DNA of 45,740 nucleotides from the NCBI GenBank assembly GCA_031279835.1, contig JAITHV010000064.1, positions 1-45,740 on the forward strand, read 5' to 3'. Both the position numbers and the translations under genes were made by a program. Position 1 is the stretch's first letter, and every line of letters starts with the position of its first letter. The notes below the pieces were generated by a model. It made no database searches. It saw nothing but the letters and a program-made list of their open reading frames with translations, and was not told where the DNA came from. The stretch is from Coriobacteriales bacterium (GTDB taxonomy: Bacteria > Actinomycetota > Coriobacteriia > Coriobacteriales > UBA8131). Shown in pieces: positions 34,135-42,587 of the stretch.

Positions 34135-36330
34135 ATGCAAAATAGTAAGATCTTGCAGTTTAATAATGAATACCATGAGCTCTGTAAATCTATTGCCTCA
34201 AGCAATGGAGCAGGCTACTACGCCTCACAAGATCTTCGACCCAAAGTTGGCATTATTACTGATCCCATGCAATTTGACACCTTCTCTAGTGCCCTGGATC
34301 TTGAGTACCTTTCGTATGTCGGCTACCATGAGCAGATAGACAGCTCCGGATACCAATTCGTCTTCTATATCAGCTGCTGGAAGGGAATGGGTGTCACAAA
34401 TGAGTACAACGGTCCATCTGGCGTATTGAAAGCAACAGAAGTTATTATGTATGCAAGATCTTTAGGGATTCCGACCGTGTTTTACTCTCGAGAAGATCCT
34501 GTCGAGTATCAAAAGTATCTCCCTATTGCACAAGCTGCTGACGTTATTTTCACAACATGCAGCGAGGTGGTAGATGATTATCGCCACGACACCAACAATG
34601 ATCATGTTTTTGTCTTGGAGTATGGCATAAATCCTTTGGTTCACAACCCCATCGGACTTCTGCGCAGGCATAGCTGCGGCTTTGACTCTTTTCTCGACAC
34701 AATACTGTTTGCCGGCTCTTGGTACGAGCGTTGGCCAGAGCGCTGCGCCAGCATGCAAATGATGTTAACGGGCATATTGGCATCAAAAACAAAGGTCCCT
34801 CTGATCATAGATAGAAACTATTATCTCGATTATGAGCACTGCAAGTTCCCTAGTGAATATGCTTCTCACATTGTGCCCACAGTAGATTACCTAGAGTTGC
34901 AGAAGGCGTCCAAGCTCTTCGATTTCTCCTTAAACCTCAACATTGTGACTGACTCCGCCACCATGTGCGCCGTACGCGTCTATGAGATGCAAGCCCTCGG
35001 CGTGCTGCTCGTCTCGAACTACGCGCTGGCTCTCAGTAAGAACTTCCCCGGCATCTTCACGCCGCTGTGGGCAGAGGAAGTCGGACGCATCATCGACGGC
35101 TACACCCCTGACGAGGTGCTGAGCATGCAGCTCGAGGGCATCCGTGAAGTCTTTTCGGGGCGCACCGTCTTCGACCGGCTCAACACGGTGTTTTCGGCCG
35201 TCGGTCTCGCAGAGCGCTTCGAGGAAAAAGGGGTGCTCATACTCTGTGGCGAGGTGACTGCGGAGGCACGCGCCGACTTCGAGGCGCAGACCTACGCGGC
35301 GCATAGACTCGTGGACCTCTCGTCGTCGGGACCTGATGCCCTTGTCGCGCTGCCGTCTGAGGGCTACTGTGTCTTACTCGGGTCTGGCAGGCATGACAGG
35401 CACTTCCTTGAGGACCTCGTAAACGCCCACAAGTTCACCGACGTGGGCTACACCTCCTTCGCCACCTGGGAGGAGAAGGAGGGTGCCTACGAGTACGTCG
35501 AGGGACCTGTACCCGCACGAGACGCACTGTTCGACCTGCGCCGCGCCTCTGCGCAGGAGGTGGCCGCAGGACAGACACCCGTAGGGTTGCTCGGCTTTAA
35601 GGTGCTCGCGCCGCACTACGGCCGGGATACCTCCAGCACAGAGAAGCGCCTCGCCGTCATCATGCCTGTATACAACAACGGCGTCTACCTCAAGGGGCGC
35701 TCCTTCAGGAGCCTGCTGCGCAGCTCGGTGTTCAACCAGATGCGCGTCTACCTCATAGACGACGGTTCCACCGATGGCGAGACCCCCCAGGCAGTAGCCG
35801 AGATCGCCGATGCGCACGACAATGTGGAGGCGTTTTATTTTGCAGATGGCGACTCGGGCTCGGCGTCGCGTGCGCGCAACAAAGGCCTCGTGCTTGCCCA
35901 GGAGCCGCTCGTAACCTTCCTCGACCCCGACAACGAGGCTGTCGGTGACGGCTATGCGCGGCTGCTCGCAGCTTTTGACGCTGAGCCCGACCTCACCTTA
36001 ATAGCAGGCGGTAACGTAAAACTCAGTGCCAAGGATACTCACGAGCCTGGCCATAGCCTTACATGCGCCCCGATTCCTAACAGCTGGGAATCACTGCTTG
36101 ACCACAAGTTCATGCCGGTCAACTGCCAGGCGATGGTCATACGGCGCGATTACCTAGTAAAGAATGACATCTGCTATACGGGAGACAGATGCCTCAGAGA
36201 AGCCCTGACAACACTTTCGACACGCGATGAGGCTTTCACAGCAAATATGCGATTCTATGATTTTCCTGTTGTCGTGCATTACAATGATATACTTTTAACT
36301 CTACAAGGACAGATGAATGACACACTTTAG
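34135..36330 (+). CDS. Bifunctional glycosyltransferase: CgeB-like GT-B domain + GT2 domain (paralog 2, shorter diverged C-terminus)
   Basis: Same architecture as 29818-32214. The N-terminal ~250 aa are only distantly similar and the core is about 85 % aa identical. In the C-terminus REA replaces the GED of paralog 1, and the protein ends ~70 aa earlier. Confidence 0.78.
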   Translation: MQNSKILQFNNEYHELCKSIASSNGAGYYASQDLRPKVGIITDPMQFDTFSSALDLEYLSYVGYHEQIDSSGYQFVFYISCWKGMGVTNEYNGPSGVLKATEVIMYARSLGIPTVFYSREDPVEYQKYLPIAQAADVIFTTCSEVVDDYRHDTNNDHVFVLEYGINPLVHNPIGLLRRHSCGFDSFLDTILFAGSWYERWPERCASMQMMLTGILASKTKVPLIIDRNYYLDYEHCKFPSEYASHIVPTVDYLELQKASKLFDFSLNLNIVTDSATMCAVRVYEMQALGVLLVSNYALALSKNFPGIFTPLWAEEVGRIIDGYTPDEVLSMQLEGIREVFSGRTVFDRLNTVFSAVGLAERFEEKGVLILCGEVTAEARADFEAQTYAAHRLVDLSSSGPDALVALPSEGYCVLLGSGRHDRHFLEDLVNAHKFTDVGYTSFATWEEKEGAYEYVEGPVPARDALFDLRRASAQEVAAGQTPVGLLGFKVLAPHYGRDTSSTEKRLAVIMPVYNNGVYLKGRSFRSLLRSSVFNQMRVYLIDDGSTDGETPQAVAEIADAHDNVEAFYFADGDSGSASRARNKGLVLAQEPLVTFLDPDNEAVGDGYARLLAAFDAEPDLTLIAGGNVKLSAKDTHEPGHSLTCAPIPNSWESLLDHKFMPVNCQAMVIRRDYLVKNDICYTGDRCLREALTTLSTRDEAFTANMRFYDFPVVVHYNDILLTLQGQMNDTL
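34885..35985 (+). repeat. Dispersed direct repeat copy B (paralog core), matches 30559-31660
   Basis: See copy A. In this gene the repeat coincides with a high-GC block flanked by lower-GC sequence. Confidence 0.7.
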
Positions 36331-37870
36331 CAGTATTGATACTTTCGCACATATGATCTATTCTCCGATTCCTGACGAAGTTGCCAAAAAACTCGTCTCA
36401 GACAAGATCTATTCATTAGAGTATGCAGGGGGCGACAGCTTATCACTCGATCAGCCAGATGTCTTATGGTCATACATCCCACAAGTAAATACCTTTTCAA
36501 TTGAATTGTGGCTTAAGTCCTTGTCGTTCTTAAACCCACTGCTCGACGAATATACGGCTTCCTGTGACCAATCGATTCGCGCCTGTGTGACCGGGATCGT
36601 GCGGAGCTACATTCCCGTTTGTGACGGTCTTATTGCGTCATCAAAACTCATGAACTCGAAAGATCACCTTATGGCCACGGCGGTCATCGTCCTTATAAAG
36701 ACCCGAGAGATCTTTGGTGAAGATTGGGAACTACGTCCTGACGTAGAAAGATTGTTGCTCCGCATAGGCGATTACCTGAGCAGCAACACACTATGGATCC
36801 CTGGCAACCATGGGGTCATGATCGATTTTGCTTTGCTGCATATTTCTGCCTATCTCCACAATATGGAAGTCGTACAGTTCAAAAGAACGGCCCTTCAGAG
36901 AACAGGCAATCAGCTTGAGACGATGTTTGATCACGAGGGGTTTTGCTTTGAGAATTCTGTCGGGTACTTTGACTTTAATCTCAGGCTCTTTGACCTAGTC
37001 GCTCGCTTTTGTCGATTTCATGCCATAACATCACCTGAACTAACAGCGCTTGACGCCACGCTCGCTAAGGCGACTGAAGCAATACGGCACGCCGTGTTGC
37101 CAAACGGCATGACGCCGATTATTGGTGACTCAGGGCTTGACATGACTGGTTATTCGTCCTTACCAGGACACCGCCTCTTCAAGCGTGCGGGTTTTTTCTT
37201 CTACAAGACTACATCGAGTTTCTTCAGTTTTAACTGCGGATTTGCAAGTTCTATCCACAAGCATTGCGACGATGCCTCTTTGACTTTACGCTACAACGAG
37301 AAAGATATATTTGTTGATTGTGGATACTATTGTTATGACAGACGTGACCCTATTCGTGCTTTTGTGGCGGGGACCCAGGGTCATACAGGGTTTTTCCCTA
37401 TTGGGTTTGACAACTTGACGCCGCCTGAATACGTTCAAACAGTGCTACGAGCCTCACTCAATGAGGTTGCGCATAGTGAGGTAGATATAGCTCTTAGGGG
37501 AACAATCAGCTATCAAGATGGCACTCATGTTATCAGAACAGTGTCAGGAACCCTTGAGTGCCTGACCATACATGATCACTGGGAGCACGCTCAGTCAAGA
37601 ATGCGGCAACGGTTTGTCCTGCATCCGCATGCCCATGCTGACATTCAGCTTTGCGATGGAGACTATGTTGTTATGATTACCAATGGCGGTGTGAGAGCAA
37701 AGCTGACGGTAGCAGCGGCTGGCGTGGAATCGATAAACTGCGGGACGGGATACTATTCAGAGCACTACAATACCTACGAGGAGACAACAACGCTCGACAT
37801 CTTCCCTCATGATCTGCCATGCGGTTTAATAGAAACCAGAGTTGAGATCATCGCAGACAGCCATGACTGA
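36317..37870 (+). CDS. Heparinase II/III-like family protein (no signal peptide)
   Basis: Blocks WIPGNHGVMIDFALLHISAYL and HKHCDDASLTLRYNEKDIFVDCGYYCYD ... GHTGF resemble the alginate-lyase/heparinase II/III fold signatures. The ATG has AAGGA 7 nt upstream, and the gene overlaps the upstream gene by 14 nt. Confidence 0.6.
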   Translation: MTHFSSIDTFAHMIYSPIPDEVAKKLVSDKIYSLEYAGGDSLSLDQPDVLWSYIPQVNTFSIELWLKSLSFLNPLLDEYTASCDQSIRACVTGIVRSYIPVCDGLIASSKLMNSKDHLMATAVIVLIKTREIFGEDWELRPDVERLLLRIGDYLSSNTLWIPGNHGVMIDFALLHISAYLHNMEVVQFKRTALQRTGNQLETMFDHEGFCFENSVGYFDFNLRLFDLVARFCRFHAITSPELTALDATLAKATEAIRHAVLPNGMTPIIGDSGLDMTGYSSLPGHRLFKRAGFFFYKTTSSFFSFNCGFASSIHKHCDDASLTLRYNEKDIFVDCGYYCYDRRDPIRAFVAGTQGHTGFFPIGFDNLTPPEYVQTVLRASLNEVAHSEVDIALRGTISYQDGTHVIRTVSGTLECLTIHDHWEHAQSRMRQRFVLHPHAHADIQLCDGDYVVMITNGGVRAKLTVAAAGVESINCGTGYYSEHYNTYEETTTLDIFPHDLPCGLIETRVEIIADSHD

Positions 37871-40745
37871 CACTCAACTACATCGTTGCGATGCTAGGGC
37901 AAAAGGCGGCGTCAGCGTCATTATCCCCACCTTCAAGCCAACATTGTACCTTGATGATGCCGTGCGCTCGGTCTTGAATCAGGATTATGACTGTTGGGTT
38001 GAGATTGTCATTGTCGTCAATGGAAGTGATTATAATTACTACAAGAATCTTATTACACAGTATGTTAATATTAATAATATTACTGTGCTATACACAAATA
38101 CTCAGACTGCTGGTGCTGCGCGAAACTATGGCGTCCGCCAAGCCAAAGGTGAGTATCTGCTGTTTCTTGATGACGACGATTGGCTTGCTGAAGGTTATGT
38201 GAGTAAATTAGTCTCACACATGGAACCTGATATATGCCTAGTATGTGGTGGACTTTCTGATTATGACGGCACTAACTTAAACGAAGATACGCTCATCAAC
38301 CGGTGTATTGCCGAAAACGGTACTGGACGCTTTGTTGATTACTATGCTCTTTACCCGCTTTTTGGCAACATGACCTCAAAACTATATCGCCGATCCTTTT
38401 ACCTGAGAAATTTTGCCCCATTTCGTGAAGATATAAAAAGGTCAGAGGACATCGTTTTTTGGGCTGAGAACCTTTCGCGGCTTTCAGGCTGGGTCTATCT
38501 TTGTCTACCAAGTCCTCACGAGTCGTATATCAGAAGAGTAACAAGTGACAGCCTCTCAAGACCAGGCCCCCAGTCAAGTATTGCTGATCTAGTTGCTGAG
38601 CGGGTTTCAGTGCTCACAGCACTCTGGGAGCTAAGCACCAGGCAAGATACACCAACCTTGCAACGCGAGTTCATCGACAGGATGATAGCCTTTCAATGGA
38701 CGCTGTTGATCTCACAGTACAACTCTAGTTCTGCTGAGGGAGTTGGTGCAATGCTCTCAGAGGTTGAGCGACTGCCTCTCTCGTTTTTCACGAGCATCCG
38801 TCGCCCCTACTGGGAGCACTTTGTTCGCAACCCACAAATCTGCGAAACCGATAGCGCTTTGACAAACGCCATTCCTGTTGGTCGCTACTTGTTTACAAGG
38901 TCTCATTGCGCACATTTGAAGCATCAGATTGACAATAGCTTTGAGGTCATCTATACCCACACCGGCGAGAAAACCTGTTTGCAGCTTTTTGGCGGCGGAA
39001 CTGCCCTTGGGCCGCGCGTCGCTGAAGCACAGGCTTCACTCGTCGGCGTCCGATCTGTGCGCGTCCGCTACAGCATTAGCTCTGACATTGATGGACAGCT
39101 GTACCTCTGTCTCAATGAGTACGGCGGCAATCGAGCCCTACTCAACACGCAATGGCGCGCCATGCGTGTATTTGCTGATTGTGTCGTGCCCGCTGACTTC
39201 GGGTTCGCAGTCACTGACACTGCTCAGTCTTGCAGCATTACTATGAGGCTCGTGTTCGACACAGATGCACACCTTACGTTCCGCGACGTCAGCTTTGTGA
39301 AGCTGCTCGGCGATCCCATCGTGTCAGCGCCCTTGGTCCCCGTCTCTAGGTGCATCTGGTCGAGGTCACCAAGCACCTCGATAAGCCATGGAGCAGACAA
39401 CAATTGCAAGGTTGCATACTCGCATACCGAAGAGCCTACGTTCCTTCAGCTCTTTGACGGAGGAACGACCAGTGGGCCACGCGTTGCTAATATCTCCGCT
39501 GCGCTCACTGGAATCCGCTTTGTGCGTGTCTGTTTCGACGTTGCATCTGATGTTGACGGGCAAGTTTATGTCTGCCTTAACGAGTATGGCGATGACTGCT
39601 CCTTGCTTAACTCGCAATGGCGTGCCGTCAGCTCCTTTGCTGGTTCTCGCACGCATGCTGACGCCGTCTTTGCTGTGAGCGCTGGGGCGGAAGCATGCAA
39701 CGTCATGTTTAAGCTTGTGTTTGACACAGACGCGCAGCTCGAGCTTTCTGAACTGCGCTTTAGCAAGGCGTTCGGCGACCCCATTGCCACTGCTGTGCTC
39801 ACCCCCGCTGCCCACGACGTCTGGTCGAGGTCTCCGAACGCGGTGGTAGCGCACACCGCAGATGACTGCTTTTCGGTTGAGTTTACACATACTGATGATA
39901 CAACTTGTCTGCAGTTGTTTAGCGGTGGGACAGTCCAGTCAGCGGCCGTTATTGACACTCGTGTTGCGCTTGACGGTGCTCAATTTATCCGTCTTTGCTT
40001 TGATGTAGACTCCGATACTGACGGACAGCTCTTGATTAGCCTCAACGAGTACGGTCATGATCGCAGCCTGATTAACTCACAGTGGCGTGTTGTGCGCATT
40101 GTTGCAGACGACTGCGTGCATGCAGACATCGCTGTAGCTGTTACGAGCGGCGCTACGGCTTGTAACGTCATGTTTAAGACTGTGTTTGCGACAAACGCTC
40201 GTCTCGAGTTTCGAAACTTCCGCTTTGGTAAAGTGCTTGATCGGGTCCCAGACGGTGATGTCGAATCAGGCATCATCATGATCCCAGCTGCCCAATATGT
40301 GGCTCCGAGGTCTTCAAATGCAAGCGTGGAATACCTTTCTGACGACAGCTTTGCGGTCGGATATACGAACACCGGCGAGAACACCTTCCTGCAACTGTTT
40401 GACGGCGGGTTTGCCTCTCACCCCTCTGAGCGCTTCATGCCCGCTGCCTCACTCGAAGGTGTAGAGAGGCTTAGCCTCTCCTTCGACCTGGAATCTAGCT
40501 TGCAGGGCATGATAGGCATCGTCATCACAAGCGTAGCGGGAACATCAGACGACGTTACCGACGGATCGACCTACCTCGTGCATCCAGGAAGCAACAACCT
40601 CAGGTTCACCACGCATACCGTAGGTGACCATGCCTTGTTCAACCTGTTCATCAAACTTCAGTTCAACGAAGACGCTGAACTGCGTTTTGACAACTTCCGC
40701 ATCGCAAAGTTCCCAACAAGACATGACCCTGATGCAGTGCATTGA
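37863..40745 (+). CDS. Family 2 glycosyltransferase with four C-terminal tandem ~150-aa repeat domains
   Basis: N-terminal GT2 domain with VSVIIPTFKPTLYLDDAVRSVLNQ and LFLDDDDW. The ATG at 37863 overlaps the upstream stop (ATGACTGA), and the ORF is open to a TTG at 37842. The C-terminal half is made of four related repeats. Confidence 0.8.
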   Translation: MTDTQLHRCDARAKGGVSVIIPTFKPTLYLDDAVRSVLNQDYDCWVEIVIVVNGSDYNYYKNLITQYVNINNITVLYTNTQTAGAARNYGVRQAKGEYLLFLDDDDWLAEGYVSKLVSHMEPDICLVCGGLSDYDGTNLNEDTLINRCIAENGTGRFVDYYALYPLFGNMTSKLYRRSFYLRNFAPFREDIKRSEDIVFWAENLSRLSGWVYLCLPSPHESYIRRVTSDSLSRPGPQSSIADLVAERVSVLTALWELSTRQDTPTLQREFIDRMIAFQWTLLISQYNSSSAEGVGAMLSEVERLPLSFFTSIRRPYWEHFVRNPQICETDSALTNAIPVGRYLFTRSHCAHLKHQIDNSFEVIYTHTGEKTCLQLFGGGTALGPRVAEAQASLVGVRSVRVRYSISSDIDGQLYLCLNEYGGNRALLNTQWRAMRVFADCVVPADFGFAVTDTAQSCSITMRLVFDTDAHLTFRDVSFVKLLGDPIVSAPLVPVSRCIWSRSPSTSISHGADNNCKVAYSHTEEPTFLQLFDGGTTSGPRVANISAALTGIRFVRVCFDVASDVDGQVYVCLNEYGDDCSLLNSQWRAVSSFAGSRTHADAVFAVSAGAEACNVMFKLVFDTDAQLELSELRFSKAFGDPIATAVLTPAAHDVWSRSPNAVVAHTADDCFSVEFTHTDDTTCLQLFSGGTVQSAAVIDTRVALDGAQFIRLCFDVDSDTDGQLLISLNEYGHDRSLINSQWRVVRIVADDCVHADIAVAVTSGATACNVMFKTVFATNARLEFRNFRFGKVLDRVPDGDVESGIIMIPAAQYVAPRSSNASVEYLSDDSFAVGYTNTGENTFLQLFDGGFASHPSERFMPAASLEGVERLSLSFDLESSLQGMIGIVITSVAGTSDDVTDGSTYLVHPGSNNLRFTTHTVGDHALFNLFIKLQFNEDAELRFDNFRIAKFPTRHDPDAVH
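38871..40742 (+). repeat. Four tandem intragenic domain repeats (R1 38871-39329, R2 39330-39794, R3 39795-40241, R4 40242-40742)
   Basis: Each unit carries (W/F)(S/T)RS.., F.V.YTHT(G/D)E.T.LQLF.GG, R.V(R/C)(Y/F)....D.DGQ.Y.CLNEYG....L.N.QWR and an ending .F..F.K. R4 is the most diverged. Confidence 0.75.
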
Positions 40746-40752
40746 GCAAGGC

Positions 40753-40785
40753 AAAGGGCGCCTTTGCGAAGCGCCCTTTCTTGTT
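40753..40785. terminator. Bidirectional hairpin terminator between convergent genes
   Basis: AAAGGGCGC (40753-40761) pairs with GCGCCCTTT (40771-40779) around a 9-nt loop and is followed by CTTGTTG. It lies in the 53-nt gap between the stop at 40745 (+) and the stop at 40799 (-). Confidence 0.55.
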
Positions 40786-40798
40786 GAATATGCTGCAC

Positions 40799-41668
40799 TT
40801 ACGCTAACTTTGTGATCACCCACACCTGGGCGCTAGTGCCATTGGGCGTCCAAGTGTGCACGTTGGTGTGGTTGGCAGTCGTCCCGCCTGCAGCATCGAG
40901 AGCAAGACCGCTGCAGCCAGCGTAGACGCGGTAAGTACGATCGCCCACTAATTCCACACGCCAGCGCTGTGCAAGCGTATTGTTGGATGAGTATACCTGG
41001 ACATTGGCACCGTCGGTTGTCTGTGCCCCATCCACGTCGAGAGGCTTGTTTGCAGCGAGGCTAGTGAACATATAGGTGCCCGTCGCCTCGTCAAAGGCAA
41101 CGTCGAAGCGTTGCGCTTTGGTTCCGTTGTCTTCATAAAGCTGGACGTTCGTGCCGTTGGCGCTCGCGGCTCCCGCCACATCGACAACTTGCATAATGTC
41201 GTTGACGCAGGCGATCTTGTAGGTCCCTTGTGGCAAGATGCTCTGCTCGTTGACACCGAAAGCGAATAGTTGGGCATCCGTACCATTGCTCCGGTACAAT
41301 TGCAGAGAGGTGCCAGGAGCCTTCGATGCCCCGGTCACGTCAACACGTAGCGAGGGGTTGGACTTGGGCGCAAGGGTAAAGGCGCCCTTTGAACTTGCTA
41401 GTACCCAACGCTGGGCATCAGTTCCATTAGGAGTGTACTGGTGAAGCTGCTGACCCTCGACGGCATTGTTGCCGGGCACATCGAGCACCTTACCGCTACG
41501 GGGGTTCTTGATGGTGTAGGTGCCGTCATTGTTATCGATCACTTGAAACACTTGCGCCACGGTCCAGTTACGCGAATAGCTCTGGACACGGGCACCGTCT
41601 AGCATGCTTGCACCGTCAATGTCGAACACAAGGTTTTTGTCGAGCTTTGAAGTGATGGTATAGAAACC
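40799..41668 (-). repeat. Diverged direct repeat copy B (double beta-trefoil coding segment), paralogous to 18467-19339
   Basis: See copy A. Confidence 0.7.
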
Positions 41669-42340
41669 AGGCGTAACAGGGTCATCAGGATAGTAATATT
41701 GGTCTGGCTCAGCAGAAATAACAGTGGGGTCTTTGAGTGCTTCAGTGATCGCGTCAGTGACACTCATGCCTCTAGGGGTAAGGACACTTGCGACGAAGGT
41801 CCCGTCATCAAAACGAGCGATAACGCCACCCGGGGTTTTTGCCGCACTGAGCGTGGCAAGCTTGATGGCGAGTGCTTTTATCAGGTCTTTAGGATGCTTG
41901 TCGTTCTTGAATGTAACAAGGATGTGATCGTCGGCATACGGCTGTGAAGCGCTCCCTTCGGGCGTAGAACCAGCATAATCAGGTTCGGCAGCACTAACGA
42001 ATGGATCTTTTTGCGCCTCAATAACTGCATCAGCAATGCTCATGCGATCAGGAACCGCGACGGTAGCAGCAAAAGTCCCGTCGTCATTGGTGGCGAGGAT
42101 GCCGCCGGGGGCCTTCTCAGCGCTGAGTGTTGCTAACGCAACCGCGAGAGCAGTGACCTGAGCGGCAGGGTCTTGCCCCTCTTTGAACACTACGAGTATG
42201 TGGCCTTCGGCATACGAACCGGGAGGACCTATCTCGATTGGAGCAGTACCAGCATGCTGAGTCACCGGTGCCCCATAGGCTGTGGGCATGTAAGCAAACA
42301 GCCCTGCCGTCAACAAAACAAGGGCGAGTATTGTTCGCAC
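40799..42340 (-). CDS. Secreted protein paralog 2: signal peptide, two propeptide(I9)-like repeats, two ricin-type beta-trefoils
   Basis: GTG start. Signal peptide (M)RTILALVLLTAGLFAYMPTAYG. Repeats ILVVFKEGQDP...DPFVSAAEPDY and ILVTFKNDKHP...DPTVISAEPDQ. Six QxW/F sub-repeats follow, about 80 % aa identical to 18467-20020 in the lectin half. Confidence 0.8.
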   Translation of the reverse strand: MRTILALVLLTAGLFAYMPTAYGAPVTQHAGTAPIEIGPPGSYAEGHILVVFKEGQDPAAQVTALAVALATLSAEKAPGGILATNDDGTFAATVAVPDRMSIADAVIEAQKDPFVSAAEPDYAGSTPEGSASQPYADDHILVTFKNDKHPKDLIKALAIKLATLSAAKTPGGVIARFDDGTFVASVLTPRGMSVTDAITEALKDPTVISAEPDQYYYPDDPVTPGFYTITSKLDKNLVFDIDGASMLDGARVQSYSRNWTVAQVFQVIDNNDGTYTIKNPRSGKVLDVPGNNAVEGQQLHQYTPNGTDAQRWVLASSKGAFTLAPKSNPSLRVDVTGASKAPGTSLQLYRSNGTDAQLFAFGVNEQSILPQGTYKIACVNDIMQVVDVAGAASANGTNVQLYEDNGTKAQRFDVAFDEATGTYMFTSLAANKPLDVDGAQTTDGANVQVYSSNNTLAQRWRVELVGDRTYRVYAGCSGLALDAAGGTTANHTNVHTWTPNGTSAQVWVITKLA

Positions 42341-42400
42341 AACCTTTCGCGTTCTTTGTATAACTGACCTCTCTTTCTTATAATAATGTGTCGAAATGAG

Positions 42401-42416
42401 TCAGCATCGATGCTGA
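42401..42416. promoter_or_regulatory. Perfect 16-bp palindrome, candidate operator in the lectin-2 leader
   Basis: TCAGCATCGATGCTGA lies 61-76 nt upstream of the GTG start and about 10 nt downstream of a candidate extended -10. Confidence 0.35.
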
Positions 42417-42425
42417 ATGCTTACA

Positions 42426-42434
42426 ATTGTATCA
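42426..42434 (-). promoter_or_regulatory. Candidate extended -10 element for lectin-2
   Basis: The minus strand reads TGATACAAT (TGn + TACAAT) within an AT-rich intergenic region. No good -35 was found. Confidence 0.3.
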
Positions 42435-42552
42435 CGTTTTCGAAGTAATTGATGGAAAATCGGAGACAAACTAGCAATTATCTTCTGTATTTTCTTGTTT
42501 ACAGAATGATTTTTCTAATAAGGAATTCCTGCATTATTTCCCAAGAATCTAA

Positions 42553-42570
42553 TCCTCAAATACCTGAGGA
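42553..42570 (-). terminator. Weak hairpin terminator candidate after wecB
   Basis: TCCTCA-N6-TGAGGA lies 17 nt after the wecB stop and is followed on the minus strand by TTAGATTCTT. The stem is only 6 bp. Confidence 0.3.
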
Positions 42571-42587
42571 CTAGATATCCAGAAACG

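Noticed and set aside
42452-42574. 40-aa ORF (MENRRQTSNYLLYFLVYRMIFLIRNSCIISQESNPQIPED) in the AT-rich wecB/lectin-2 intergenic region.
   Set aside because: It has no ribosome-binding site, lies on the strand opposite to both flanking genes, and its composition is what AT-rich DNA gives by chance. No homology was recognised.
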